This document shows positions 36,814 to 53,778 of a stretch of 64,000 nt of DNA, piece after piece (position 1 is the stretch's first letter; each line of letters begins with the position of its first letter). The notes below the pieces were generated by a model. The model was not told the DNA's origin. It ran no database searches and saw only the letters and a program-made list of their open reading frames with translations. Location of the stretch: assembly GCF_009914755.1 (NCBI RefSeq), contig NC_060927.1; one strand, given 5' to 3'. Made by a program: the position numbers and the translations under genes. This stretch comes from the human T2T-CHM13v2.0 reference genome, Homo sapiens.

Positions 36814-39800
36814 CTAGATTTTACTAAACCAGATAAAAGATTAACAACAAAGAAAAATTTGAACAGAGCCAAAACCTAAACACACTGAGGAGTCCTCTTT
36901 CAGATTATTTTCACATCTTTAATATTTATTTGAAGAGAGATGACATATACTCAACTACTCTTACATTATTTCTTTCTAAGACAATGATCACCCAAAAAGG
37001 TCACATGAAAAACACCACCAATAAATTTATGTCACCGATCAAGAGAATTCTTTGGATTTTCACTAAAAGAAACCATTTTACATATTTTCTACAAATTCCA
37101 AGCCAATTGTCTGTAACATCATCAAAAGTCTAACTTCCCCCTTCCCACAAAACAAGAAAGTTCCTTGCCATTCTTTCCTCTCCATGTAATGACACACATT
37201 GATGGCATTTTCAGAAAATTTCACTCATGGAATTCATGGCTAACCCAACTTGAAACAGATATATATATATATATCACACTACTATTCATTCATTTATTCA
37301 ATATATGTTTACTAAATGCCAACTCTGTGCCTGACCTAAAGATTCATAAAACAGTGGAGGTGGAAGACATGTTAGAAGTCATTCATAACAGACGTTGCAA
37401 TATCTGGGACCTTAAGCGGTAGTGTAAAGATGTGAACACTCAAGTGTAAGATAACAGGGAGTGGTGAAATCCATGTGAAACAAACCACACAGTCCACTTA
37501 AGGCATTCAAACTCAATTTCTTTCTCTTCTGAAAACTGTATCAACCAGAAGCAGCCCCAAAGTTGTGAGTATCCAATCCTGATTTTGTCTAACCCTTTAT
37601 TTTTTCAAATACTCAAAAAGCCAAATCCTGTTTCCAATACCATAAATCCAGTGAATTGGAAGCTTTATGCACCTCTCTGCCATTTTCCCTCACTGTCTCA
37701 AATCACTAAATGACTTTGTTTATTGGTTTGGTTTTTAGTTTATCTTCTTTCCTTTGGCTATATTGGCCTAATGCCAAATAAACAGTTCCTTCTCAGGAAG
37801 AAAAGGATGAGCTTCTAAACAATGAGATCAGACACTGCTGGTTATCAGAGAGGGTCATGAGAACTCCTGTGAATAGCTGCAAGAAATGTGGTTGCTTTCA
37901 AAAAATATGAATTTTAAGTCCAAGTGACTACAAAGCAATGAAGCTGCTTTTGTGTTTGCTCAAGGGAAGCAATTTCATCACCCCTCATGCATGAGAGATG
38001 GGTTCTGGAGGAATTTTCCAATCTTCTCACTTCCAATGAATCAATTGAATCAAATTATCAGTATAGTTTTGGGCTCAGAAAATACTTTTAATAGTTAATC
38101 CAGCTGTGCATGTAATGACAGCCTTGATATTTTAAAATAAATGTCAAAGTGAAGCTATTTCCACGCACTTCTATACATCATCTGTTCAGCTGGTGAATTA
38201 ATATAAAAAATTAATTTTAGTGTTGACTTACTTTGTATTTTGTTCCCATGAGAATAATTCAGCCAAATCAATACACCTAAAAGTTTTTTATGTATCCTCA
38301 GTTCCTGTTCTTTCAACCTTATTGACCTCTGGTTGGAGCCAATTGACAAGTAATAAAATGTATAAAAATATAAATTTAATTTAAAGGATCTAATGTGAAT
38401 GGTGATGAAACACACCATTCTTGGACCCTAGGCCACATTTATAAGCTGCTGGACCATTCAGAAGTTGAAGTGCTTTCCTTATATTTTAAAAATAAGTATT
38501 ACTGAGCTACACAGAAGATAAAATGGCAGTCTAGCTAAAGCAACATTAAATAGAATATTTCCTATCACCTCAATCAATAACCTGAAAATTCCGACAACTT
38601 TGAAAACATTGTTACCATAGTATTAAGAACAAAATAATTAAGAAAGCCTTTCATTAGTTTGCTGATTATAAATATAACTTTGGTGTACTTTTTTCCTGTT
38701 CCTATATCTTTTTAACTTCCTCTGTTTTGTCTCTTAAAATGCCATCTTAGAGTTAGTTTTTATAATTAGATATCTCTCTTTCCACTCAATTTCTCTCCTG
38801 AAGCTTGTGCTGAGTCCCTCCTACGTGCAAGGCACTGTGCTAGGGTTCCTGGCTCATAGCTGATACTCAAAAAACATTTGTAACGATAAGATCTTTGAAA
38901 GGGTAGCTTAAGATTTCTTTATTCTTTCACCAGTAAATTTACACTACTGTGAAAGGCAAGACATTTCTAATCAGAATAAATGAGGTTAGATACAATAGGT
39001 ACTGATAGGACTCAATAAATATTAATAGAATTAGTGAAGGCTCTTTTGAAAATTAAACCCCCTGAAAACCGCATTTTTATAGGTTTATTTATTGTGGTAG
39101 TTACAGTACACTCTGAGAAGGAGCTACTTAATTCATAATATAATCATATTCAGTGAAGTTAATTAATTCCAGATTTTATTATGTTACTTGAGCTCACTGA
39201 GTGCTTTAATCTCATGACATAAGGAGGTGGAAAAGGTAGGTGTAACAAGTCATCACAGAAGCCAAGGAGAATGATAATGTGCATCTCAATTACGAGACAA
39301 GGACTAATAAATGATTGCCTAATTGTGGGGGCTGGAAAAAAAATCCCAACACAAGGAAGCCCAAAGCACTTTAGAAATCAGACCAGATATCTAAGTTCCA
39401 AAGTAGCAGAAAAAAAGAACAAACATGGAGGGCGGCAGGCAGAGAGTGCCTTGCCAGTAACCAGGGCTTCCAAGATAATGGTAAACTTATGCAAGAAATA
39501 AACCTGTCTTACAATGGACACGTTGACTGTCAGCACCAAGGCCCAGCCCACTGGAAATCAGAGTTGCTGAAATATATGATTAGTGTTCTGTTTCATGCTC
39601 ACTTTCATGCCACACCTTTCAGTGGAGGTCATCTTTCAAGTCATTAAATAATCTAAGAGTGATATGTACACAGAAGAGTTTGTTCCTTATCTTTTGTATG
39701 TCACACCTGGTGCTTTCCATGGACTCTTTGTTCTAGCTTTAACAAAGTTGTGTAAAGGTTTTTTTTTTTCCCCTTCCCAATGACTTACTTCAACTCAGTT

Positions 39801-40234
39801 TTTTAACCCTGTAACAATGGCAGTTATTGGGAATGTCTCTCCACCTAGACACACATTAGTTGTTAACAAAGATAATATAGAAAAACATATTTTGATTTCA
39901 ATATTCTCTAGTTTGGTTAAAGATTTTCCTTTTATAAGTATATCTAGGTACATTGTTACCACTCTGTTCCTTTCAAGTAAACATATTAATTCAATATTAC
40001 TTTGTAATATAATTCTGATTTAAATATCTTTTATGACACTCATGCACAGGTGTTTAAAGTAAAGCATTATCGAGGTAATAAAAAATTCATGATTATCTTC
40101 CTTTGTATAATTATAGCTGAATATTATGCAATAAGTTCAATAGATTTTTATTAATTAATATATACTAAGAAAATATTAATTCAACTGATATTCTCAACAT
40201 TGCTCATCTCAAGCCTGTGTGATAGATAAGACAT

Positions 40235-40628
<394 letters not shown>

Positions 40629-41250
40629 TCTTGAAACTTGCACAGACTCTGAGACACCTCACTGTCCTGGTTTTTCTCCTGCTGCTATGGCTGTATATGT
40701 CTGTCATCCTAAAGGGTTTCTTCTTTCTCCTTCTCAAAGTGTGGGCAAGGCCTAGGGCTCAGTCTTCTGCCTTCTTCTCCTCCTTACCCCACAGGGGGTC
40801 CCTTCCACTATCACAGCTTTAAATATCATATGGAAGTTGATGACTCCCAAACTCTTATCTCCAACCCAGACCACTTCCTTAGGTGCAGTCTCACATATCC
40901 AACTGTCCACTTGATGCCAACATTTGGGATTTAACAGCCATGCTAAGTTTACCATTTGTAAAACAAAATTTCAGATTTATCCATTCCAAACTGGTTTCTC
41001 TCTTGATATTTCATATCATTGGGCATGGTTCCATTGATCAAACAATTACCCTAGTTTCCCTCACACTCCTTTACTCCTAACATCAATAATTCTTAGACTT
41101 TCTTTCTCCCTCCAAATAAACCTTTAATAATCCCCTTTGCAATCTATTACCATCACTCTAGTTACAGCTGCATCATCACCTCCCTAGAATTGCCCCCTTC
41201 AATAGCTTCTCCACACAAACGCCAAAATAATCATTTAAAAACAGAATCAT

Positions 41251-41510
41251 TGTAATCCCAGTACTGAGGTGGAAGGATCACTTGAACCCAGGAATTTGAG
41301 ACCAGCCTGAACAATAAGGTGAGACTCTGCCTCTACCAAAAATTAGCTGGGTGTGGTGGCATGTGCCTGTGGTCCCGGCTACTTGGGAGGCTGAGAGGAT
41401 TGCTTGAGCCCAGAAGGTCAACACTGCAGCAAGCCATGATCATGCCACTGCACTCCCATCTGAGCAACAGGGCAAGGCCTCATCTCAAAAGAATAAATAA
41501 ATAAAAATAA
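41251..41510 (+). mobile_element. AluJ (Jo-like), 5'-truncated with small deletions
   Basis: ggattgcttgagcccagaaggtcaacactgcag...ccatgatcatgccactgcactcc; (TAAA)n tail. Confidence 0.93.
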
Positions 41511-41589
41511 ATGCAGCATCATGTTAAGATACATCCTTACTTATAAGTGTAAATGGCCTCCTGTTAAATTTTTAAAATTTAAAGCTATT

Positions 41590-41735
41590 AATAGGTAACA
41601 CATTCAAATGTTTCTAAATAAACAAATAGTATAAAAAGATAAACAGTGAAAAGCCTCCCTACCATCCTTGTTTCCCATCTACCTAGTTCCCTCCCACTCC
41701 TATAGGGAACCACTGCTCCTAGTTTCTGATGCTCC
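41590..41735 (-). mobile_element. Old L1ME-type 3' end fragment
   Basis: acagtgaaaagcctccctaccatcc...aaccactgctcctagtttc resembles the reversed L1ME 3' end. Confidence 0.45.
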
Positions 41736-43518
41736 ATAGCAATTTGAATACGACCCAAACATCTTATCCTGGCCACTGAGGCTACCTGGGCCAGATCCTG
41801 CTACTTCTCCACTCTCATTTCCTTTCACTCTTCTCCCTACTCATGGTGTTCTACTCCTCTCGCTTTCTTTGGTCTCATGAATTAACCAAATTATTTCCTG
41901 ATTCAAGTATTTACCCACACTATTTACTTTAGTTAGGTTACTCTTCCCCTTTCTTCTATATTCTCCTGGTCCCCTCCCTCACTGCCATTTCACAGCAAGG
42001 TAGATTCTCCTTCACTACTTATTTAGCAAACTGATTACAAGTTGTAATTATACGTAAATGTGTTGACTTGTTCCCTAATTGTCTCTTTTACTAGATGATA
42101 AACTCCAGGAGAGCAAGTGCTGGGCCTACGTATTTTACTATTGTGCTGCTGGTACACCAAGTTACTTAGAGAAGGTGCTCAATAAATATTCACTAAAGTG
42201 AATCAATTAACACTATCTATGTAAACATTGGGAATGTAATTAAGCATTTCCTGAATATTTGTATTTACAGATACAGTGAGACATATTACATAAATTGGGA
42301 GTTATAAGGAACTCCCTCTCTCCAAAAAAGTGAGAAGGTAATGTTCTTAAATAATTCTATGTGTTAAAGAATGTCATGGTTTTGTACACAAGGGCTGCTC
42401 TAGGCATAATAAATATTCTATCTACTGTTCAAAAATAAAGGGCAAATAAGAATTACATATTTTGATGTGACATCTTACAACAATATATTTATAAATTTAA
42501 AGCCACTGCATATAACTTCATGCATTGTAACAAAATTTATTTGTCAATCGTCACTTAAGAATTTTGTTCATTCTCTTGCACATGCTATTATTTTTTATCC
42601 AAATAAAGGTATTTAACTCAACAAAATTTTAGGAAAAAAACACTTTTAAGGGTGAGCAAACTGTTTATTTCTTCTTTCCTTTTTAAAAAAGGGAGTGTCT
42701 GATGCTTTGCCCTGAGTGAGCTTGTTATGATCAACTGAATTCTCTCCCCATAAAAGACACGTCTTCCTTCTCATCCTGAGTGTGACTGTACATCGATGGA
42801 CACTTCCAGACATTTCCCTTTCAGATATCAAAAGGAAGTATTAATCAAACAAAAGATGGGAAATTATGACATTCCACCACTAAGGTTTAACTCAAGTGGC
42901 CAAGTTTTAGCTGATCACAGGGTACAGGTGACTATCCATCATATAACCCATCATAACACACATTAAAACGTCTGGGTTAATCAGGACAGAAGCCAAAAAT
43001 AATATATTTTGCTGACGTTCAATGAAGACTACCAAAGGAATTCCCCTGAAACCGGACTCTATAAACATGCAAGATCTAAAAGAAAAAAGGATATGAAAGG
43101 AATTCTGAGTAACACTATTTTAAACAAAGCAGCAGTACATTCTTTTGACAAAGAAACCTAAATGGTTTCTATGACATATGCAAGTTTAAATTTAAAAAAT
43201 GGTAAAATAATCTCAGAAGTCCATGTGAGTATGCAAATGTATATTTGCATATTTTTATCTTATAAAAATTATCAGAGAATTGAATAAACTCATTCAAGAT
43301 ATATGAATAATATTCACAACCAGGCATAAACTTCTGATATCATCATACACCCATTTTCTTTTTCAGTCCTTTCTTCCAAAAACTAACTTCATCTGGAAAT
43401 CAATGACAATTACATATAGAGGGAAACAGAAAGCTGTGGGATGTAACCTTAAAAGGAAACATATCTTCTCTTTATTATTAGGATTTTTACAGCTTTTCAT
43501 TACAAATACTCTCATTTC

Positions 43519-43569
43519 CTGGAAATGGCTTTATTTCCATATCTGGAATAGGCTTTATTTCCATATCTG
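43519..43569. repeat. 24-bp tandem duplication
   Basis: CTGGAAATGGCTTTATTTCCATAT / CTGGAATAGGCTTTATTTCCATAT. Confidence 0.9.
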
Positions 43570-43630
43570 CCTCAACTCTTATCTTAAGCTCATATAACCA
43601 CCCATATCACAGTTTGGGGTAATTCTTGTT

Positions 43631-43826
43631 GAAGCATCACGGTGTAAGAGATAAAGCACTAACTGGAGAGTCAGGAACTTGAGTCTTGCTTCCCGTTGTG
43701 CTACCACATGACTAGCACTAAGGCAAACTCATGTCGCCACCTTGAGCCTCAGTTTCCTCACCTGTAAAGCGAGAGTGTGGGCTGGATGATGTCTGCAGAC
43801 CCTGTCAGGATGTGTGATGCTATGAA
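43631..43826 (+). mobile_element. MIR (MIR3-like)
   Basis: gagtcagga...tgagcctcagtttcctcacctgtaaa...gggctggatgat. Confidence 0.8.
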
Positions 43827-45837
43827 GTGCCTTAGAAGCAGCTATTGTGATCACCACGGGCAAAACCAAACATTCCAGCACAGCACACATCAGGACCGGG
43901 GAAGAGGCCATTTAAATGCAGGACAAGTGTGGCCTTGGACCCTTTTCCCATTTTCTATTCATTGACAGACTGTTAATACCCAGTGTTCCTTAACTCTCTG
44001 TAACTACTAAAAATAACCAAAGCACACAATTCCCTTGAGCCATTTTGCAATTTTTTCCAATAACATTGTGTCTTTATAAGATTAAAGACATTTTTTCCCA
44101 ATTAGAAAAAATCCATAATTCTTTTTCACATTTCACATATTCGTACACATTCAACATCCAGTCCATAAACATGCGCTGAGCACCTATTATATGTGATTCA
44201 TGTGTTAGGCCTGAGGTATAAAGTAAAAACACACAGTCTCTGCCTTCTTCAGATCACTTATATTCAATTGATCTTATGAAATCGCTGATACTCAGTCCTT
44301 TATGACTCACAAAGTGGCTATTCCATGTGTCTCAACCTAATAGTTTTATAGCAAATTGTGTCATCAAACAGGTTAATCTTTCAAATTATCATAGGCATTT
44401 TGGAAAGTCCCATTAATTCTGGAAAGTCATTATGATGCTGTTTAGTGATTTCCTAGAGAATTGCCTAGCAAGGTTTTGGTTGTTTGCTTTGATTTTGGCG
44501 TGTGTATCTATTGCTGTCACTCTCGTTCAGAAACCTACACTAACAATTATTTGGCTCTTCTGTATTTGTTTCAATGCCTTTTCCATAATCAGTTAATAAT
44601 TGACTGATCTACAGTCTCCTCAGCATTAATTAGTTATGATGTGCACACCACACACACATGCACACATGCGATGACCTGTTCTCCTTTTAAATCTTAAGTA
44701 CTTCTCTTTTTCTTCCTAACAGACATAGCTGTGTTCTTTCTCACAGCTTGTCTTCTTAAAAGGATTTTAGACTGCTTGAGAGTAGGTTCACAGCCTATGC
44801 TTCTTTACATGACCTGCAGCCTCTATCCCAGGGTCCTGCATGCAGTAGACACAACAAAATTACCAACTAAATGATAAATTAAATTACAAAGGGAGACATC
44901 TGATTAAGAAGATACAGTAATATCCAAACATGAAAGCCGTGGGAAAACAGGTATTACATTTTTGCTAACCATGGCTGTGGCAGTTATATCATGCTCTAAT
45001 GCTGTTCTTCACAATGACTCTTAAAAAAGGTCACAGTATTGAGTTCTTGGGCATGTCTAGCACATCAGAGAGCTTTGAGCACCGGATAATAACTATATTC
45101 AATTATGTCAGTTGGTACAAGTAAATTTCCAGCTTTGCCTTAGGAAAGGAAAATATTTATCAGGAAAATGAATAATAAGGCTTGCACTGTGATACAATAA
45201 GAGAAAAAAAACTTGGTAAGTTTATACAAAGACCATGGATAGTTCAAAATAGCCAACTACAATAATACTTTCTTTAAATGGGACTTTCTCTCAAAATAAA
45301 CAAATAGCTGAAAACACCCTAATTTTGAATAACTGTCTTAAAATTTGAATGATATACCTATCTAAGCAAAATCAAAAACACTTCCCCAAATGATTAGCTT
45401 GTAGTGCACATATCAATTGCTTTATAGTGCAAGAAATGTCAAATGGCACTAGAAACAATACCATGCTTTCCTGTACAGTGCAAGCATATTTCTTCTTTAG
45501 ACACAGTTTACATAATACAGGAAATGGCTTCATCTGGTTCCTGGTCTTTTTGATCAAGTCAAAAGCCTTAAAGAAAAAAAGTGTTTCTTTTACATTTTAC
45601 TCTTTTTTTTTTTGTACTTTTGTTTTTCAAAAATTACCTTTCTCTAAATTTTTAAAATGGGAACTGGACAAGGATGGAGAGCAATATCCTCTTAGAAATA
45701 CTTTACTAAAAGACAAGCTCATGACCTTCTTCATGAATTCTGCAGGTGGCCAGAAATGAGGAGGAAAAAGCCTGTGATTCAAAAAAAAGTTGATACCGTG
45801 GTTTAAGATGCAATGTTCACATTTTAAAAAATAATAA

Positions 45838-47690
<1,853 letters not shown>

Positions 47691-48494
47691 CAGAGGAAGA
47701 GTAGGTGGAGAATCAGATCAAACTAGAGCTTGGGAATGGCCAGTTGAGAAGTAAGAGAGGTAAGGATATAAGCAAAGAGTATTCACAAGTGATGGACTAT
47801 GGCTAACTAGTTAAGACAACTGAACCGGGACAACTGACAGGACCAGTCACTGATCAAGAAACAGACTTCCATTTTATCAAGTCATAGAACTTTTGGAATC
47901 TATATGCTACCACATCCTAACCTAACAACAAATTCAGAATGTAAGGTTCCTTATGGACCCAGTCCCATCTTATTTCTGACTTCTCATACTGTATGATCTG
48001 CTGTACACAATTAGCTACACTTTGCTAGAACATCCAGAGCTTCCTCCTTCCTTGTCTTCTTCACAAGGTCAGCTCCATTCAGCCATTTCTCTTCTTTGGC
48101 CATTAATTCCACAATTATTTCACTGACCACTTCCTATGATGGATCAAGAATGAATTGACCATATGGCATAGTAACTGTCTTCCTCCAAAATTGCTGCACA
48201 ATGCCTGGCACATACTTAGCACTTCTTTATAGATGAACAAATAAATGAACTCAAAGATCAGTCATCCATGATCATTTATCTCTAAAGATGGAATGAGTTA
48301 AGAGGAAAGGGGATTTATAGCACGTGCATAGTTCACAGTCTCTGCTTAGTCCATGTTCTGCTCCAATGTAACACCATCAATGTCACCTGCTAACTAAAAT
48401 TAGTGTTTAATTAGTTAAAATAACTTTCCAATTTTTACACTGATTTTCATTGTCTTAGTAATTCTCACAACTACCTTTTGATAGAAAAGTATGA

Positions 48495-48705
48495 GAAGAA
48501 GAAATAAGAAGAGAATGAAGAGAGGACAATAAAAGATGCCCAAGAATGAAAGTGGGAAAGAGAAGAAAAGGGAAAAGAAAGAAGAGAATAAAACAGAGAC
48601 AGAAGGGGAACTAGGGAAGAGTAAATGGGGAGAAAAAAAAGCAAGCATTGGCCGCAGAAACTGATAGAGAGGAAAAGGCAAAAAGAAGAATATAGGAAAG
48701 GGATA
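48495..48705. repeat. GA-rich low-complexity tract
   Basis: purine-dominated ~200 nt. Confidence 0.7.
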
Positions 48706-48844
48706 TTAATTTTAGGGCAACGATATTCTTACTTAAAAAGTGCTAAGGGAAGTTTAGAAATTTCTATGAGGAAGCTGGAGGATTCTGGAATATTTATAGT
48801 TATCCCTTATTCTCCTGAATATTTATGAATATTTATGAAGATCA

Positions 48845-49030
48845 ACAACAGGCACATTTGTTAAGTAACTACTATGTGGAAAACACTGTGCAGGGCCCTG
48901 TGTAGTTCCCATGCCTTCAATTCCTCTTAACAGCTACTATTATCCTCACTTTACAGATGGGGAAATTGAGGCCCTGAGTAACTTTCCAAGACACAGAGTG
49001 AGTGAGATTGTTGATCCTCAGACCCAGTGC
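48845..49030 (-). mobile_element. MIR (MIRb-like)
   Basis: ctattatcctcactttacagatggggaaattgaggcc...agtaactttccaagacaca. Confidence 0.8.
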
Positions 49031-50480
49031 CACCCACGCTGCTTTTGCAATCCAGATATGCCTGCAGAATAGGGTGGGTTCTGAGCCAGCTGACAGGGCT
49101 TTCCCACATCTCCCATCCTCCCAGGCCAAGTCCAGAGGGCAACTGAGAAGGGCGGCAGGGGAGCCACCAAAATCAGCCCTGTAGTCCTTGACCCTAGGAA
49201 CCTAAATGTGAAACAGATGGGACCCAGACACTCATCCAAGTCTCACACTGTCCTGTTTGGCTCTTTTCACACTTCATTCGGATATATCTGTTTATTCTTT
49301 GTAAAATACAGTTGTGCTCATGAGTTGAGAATCAAAGTACACAGACCGAGACCTTTTCTAGAGATGTTTGGCCTCCTTCTTTAGCAGCAAAGAGGATGGG
49401 AAAGAGACAAATTCAACCATCTTACTGGTGACTGGAAGAAAAGTTATTAAAAAGTTAACAGCTTTGTGTCTTTGCATGTTAGGTCTTTGGACAGCATTTT
49501 CTGGGAGTGTATGTAACAAGAATAATAAATTCATGGCCATATACTACCACAGTTCCCTCCAGCCTCAATAGTAATCAGTACCATGGGATCTCAACACATT
49601 GTCACTGAACCCAAAGAGCGCCAGATTAAAACCAGTTTGCAATTCCTGTATTCCTTTGTAATAACAAAGGAATCAAATATCATCTAGCGATGGCATATAT
49701 CTATTCCATGAATGTTACCAGTTAACCAAAATTATACAACATTGGTGTAATGTCACCAATGTAATGACATAGATATATTTCATTGCTAGATGCTATATAA
49801 AGGCATAGCCCCATAACATAAAAAAAATTGCCTAACACAGGTAAAGTCAAATATGAGCCTAAATATTTAACAATAAAGTTATTTGTTCTTTGGTCAATAA
49901 TTATTTTACCAACATATTCAACAAGAGCCTGTGCTTTCTTAATTAAAATTAGAGTTTTAGAAACTAATTAAAAAACAATAGATTTAAATTGATGAATACT
50001 AATGCTTCTGTAATTCACAATAATGTTTAAGGCCAGGACAGAAAATAGAAAACCATTTGACAGGGCCTGGGCTAAAAGCCATGGATGGCATCCACTGTTT
50101 AGTGTTGTATAATTTACAAACTTCTGTTCTTTCGACAACTCAAAGAATGAAGTTGCCAAATAAACACACAGCTCAGAAACAACGCAGAAGAATTAAAACA
50201 CCCTCTCACATCTTGTTAAAAGGTGGTGGCCTTAAATAAAAGAACAGTATCTATAAACTGCTTGCCAAAAATACCCAGATACTAAACAGTTTCATTATAA
50301 AACTATTTTAAATTTCTCAGGATGCATTTGAGGGTGAGGCAGTCATATCAACAAAGTTTGATGATTTTATATTGTGTCTATGGCTATGTAAAATGAGATA
50401 AGGGGCACAAATGTCCCACAGAGAGGAGATCTCATATGCATTCACATATGTCAAACATTTGTCACTTTAAGAAAATATAC

Positions 50481-50787
<307 letters not shown>

Positions 50788-51660
50788 TAATCAAGTTTCA
50801 TTACTGTGTGTCATTAGTTAAAAGAAAAATCCTGCCCATTATTCCTCATTTACATCTGTCTATCTTAGAATTCTCATTATATTGGCAATCACAATACTTG
50901 GTAAATTAGATCAAAAAGGGCATGATTCCAGAGATAAGAAATGGACTTAACTATTTCCCAGCGTGAGGGACCTTACAAAGAGTTTATTCAACAGTTTTCT
51001 TCACTTATTACGGTCCTCAGAGCAATTAAGTCCAGGGATAAGGGTTTCAGTGGTATCAGCAATATTACTGGCTTAGAGTTGTTATACGAGTTGTATTTGT
51101 TTTATAGAAACTCCTTGCCAATTCTTACATTAAAGTTAAACAAATCACTGAAATGATAACACTCAAAACGAATTGAATGATACCAAAAAGTTTCAAAACT
51201 CTGAGTTTTCAGAAAGGTTAAATAGCTTTAAAAATGTGGCTGGAGGTTTTTTTCTTTAATATGACAATCATTATATGATACTCAAGTTATGGTTAATATC
51301 CTTGAAAAAAAAATCCTTTTGTCAACTGGTGGTCTGTGGCTTGAGACTTCACTGAAAGGTTTCACTTGAAAAGGCTATGAAAACATCAGCCACTGATCCA
51401 GAAGTTCTCAACAGCTCAGAGATGTAAGGTCATTCATAATTGTCTCCATCCTTCTTTCCTCTCTCCAGAGTATAATTACTTCAAGAAACGAAATCCTGGT
51501 TTATTTTACTGAAATCCAGAAACTCACTACTTACATAGCAACAGCTACTTCCCTTATCTCTGGTTTAAATATCCACAACTGTCACCACTCCTAGGACAGT
51601 GACTAATGCTTAGTGGGTCTAATTTTTAGAACCTACACAATTTAAAAATATGAGCTACCA

Positions 51661-51939
51661 TTGACTTTCTTCACAGAATTAGAAGAAAATGCTTTAAATG
51701 TCATGTGGAAGCAAAAAAGAGCCCGTATAGCCAAGACAATCCTAAGCAAAAAGAACAAAGCTGGAGGCATCATGCTACCTGGCTTCAAACTATACTACAA
51801 GGCTACAGTAACCAAAACAGCATGGTACTGGTACCAAAACAGATATGTAGACCAATGGAACAGAACAGGGGCCTCAGAAATAACGCCACACAGCTACAAC
51901 CATCTGATCTTTGACAAACCTGACAAAAACAAGCAATAG
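51661..51939 (+). pseudogene. Disabled L1 ORF2p fragment
   Basis: translation matches L1 ORF2p; ends in premature TAG where the consensus has Trp. Confidence 0.9.
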
Positions 51940-52735
51940 GGAAGGATTCCCTATTTAATAAATGGTGCTGGGAAAACTGGCAAGCCACATGTAGAAAACA
52001 AACTGGACTCCTTCCTTACACCTTACACAAAGATTAACTCAAGATGGATTAAAGACTTAAATGTAAGACCTAAAACCATAAAAACCCTAGAAGAAAGCCT
52101 AGGCAATACCATTCAGGACACAGGGATGGGCAAAGACTTCATGACTAAAACACCAAAAGCAATGGCCACAAAAGCCAAAATACATAAATAGGATCTAATT
52201 AAACTAAAGAGCTTCTGCAAAGCAAAAGAAACTACCATCAGAGTGAACAGGCAACCTACAGAATGGGAGAAAATTTTTGCAAACTATCCATCTGACAAAG
52301 GGCTAATATCCAGAATCTACAAGGAACTTAAATTTACAAGAAAAAAACAAACAACCCCATCAAAAAGTGGGTGAAGGATATGAACAGACACTTCTCAAAA
52401 GAAGACATTTATGTGACCAACAAATATATTAAAAGAAGCTCAACATCACTGGTCATTAGGGAAATGTAAATCAAAACCACAATGAGATACCATCTCATGC
52501 CAGTTAGAATGGCGATCATTAAGAAGTCAGGAAACGACAGATGCTGGAGAGGATGTGGATAAATAGGAATGCTTTTACACTGTTGATGGCAGTGTAAATT
52601 AGTTCAACCATTGTGGAAGACAGTATGGCGATTCCTCCAGGATCTAAAACCAGAAATACCATTTGACCCAGCAATCCCATTACTGGGTATATACCCAAAG
52701 GATTATAAATCATTCTACTATAAAGACACATGCAC

Positions 52736-53028
52736 GGCTGGGCACAATGGCTCATGTCTGTAATCCCAGCACTTTGAGAGGCCTAGGCAGGTGGATCACC
52801 TGAGGTCAGGAGTTCGAGACCAGCCTGGCCAACATGGTGAAACCTCGTCGCTATTAAAAATACAAAAATTAGCTGGGCATGGTGGTGGGTGCCTGTAATC
52901 CCAGCTACTCGGGAGGTGAGGCAGGAGAATCCCTTGAACCTAGGAGGCAGAGGTTGCAGTGAGCCAAGATCGCACCACTGCCCTCCAGCCTGGGTGACAG
53001 AGTGAGACTCTGTCTAAAAAAAAAAAAA
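52736..53028 (+). mobile_element. AluSx-like nested in L1PA
   Basis: perfect 14-bp TSD AAAGACACATGCAC at 52722-52735 and 53029-53042. Confidence 0.97.
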
Positions 53029-53559
53029 AAAGACACATGCACATGTATGTTTATTGCAGCACTATTCACAATAGCAAACACTTGGAAACAACCCAAATGC
53101 CCATCAATGATCGACTGGATAAAGAAAATGTGGTACATATACACCATGCAATATTATGCAGCCATAAAAAGGATGAGTTCATGTCCTTTGCGGGGACATG
53201 GATGAAACTGGAAACCATTATTCTCAGCAAACTAACACAGGAACAGAAAACCAAACACTGCATGTTCTCACTCGTAAGAGGGAGTTGAACAATGAGAACA
53301 CATGGACATGGGGAAGGGAACACCACACACTGGGGCCTGTCAGGGGGTGGGGGGTAGGGGAGGGATAACATTAGGAGAAATACCTAATATAGATGACGGG
53401 TTGATGGGTGCAGCAAACCACCATGGCATGTGTAAACCTGCACATTCTGCACATGTATCCTAGAACTTAAAGTATAATAAAAAAAAAAAATCAGCACACC
53501 ACTCTTTAGTGTCTATAATGAATTGGTCATATGGAAACAGATGTTAACGGTTGGGAAGA

Positions 53560-53778
53560 AGAGAGAATTGTGTAATGGAAAAATAACAGAGTTTATTTTG
53601 GAAATGAGAGTCTTAGCTCCATCATCAGTAGCTGTGAGAAAGTGGGAAAGTTATCAATCTCTCTTCTGCCCTATGTGTAAAGTGGGGAAATGATACCTAC
53701 TTCAGAGGGTTGTTGTGTGAACTAAATGAGATAAGGTATAACATGACTGTGGACACATGGGTGATAGAACCTCAACCA
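53560..53778 (+). mobile_element. MIR (MIRb-like)
   Basis: tagctgtga...gtaaagtggggaaatgatacctacttcagagggttgttgtg...aaatgagataa. Confidence 0.8.

Larger units (their letters stand above)
40645..42205 (+). mobile_element. L2 fragment interrupted by AluJ and an L1M piece
   Basis: tgatgactcccaaa...tatccaactgtccacttga (L2 body) through gtgctcaataaatattcactaaagtgaat (L2 3' end). Confidence 0.75.
51653..53490 (+). mobile_element. L1PA (about L1PA7/8) 3' ~1.5 kb, 5'-truncated, with nested Alu
   Basis: ORF2p C-terminal remnants ([11 protein letters not shown]...[15 protein letters not shown]; [11 protein letters not shown]) with stops and frameshifts; 3' UTR and poly-A to 53490. Confidence 0.97.

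Noticed and set aside
48415-48828. Hydrophobic or basic ORFs resembling membrane proteins (also 13187-13498, 46810-47139)
   Set aside because: Artefacts of GA/TC-rich low-complexity or L2 sequence
51653-53490. Active L1
   Set aside because: 5'-truncated (no promoter, ORF1, EN or RT core), with stops/frameshifts and an Alu insertion
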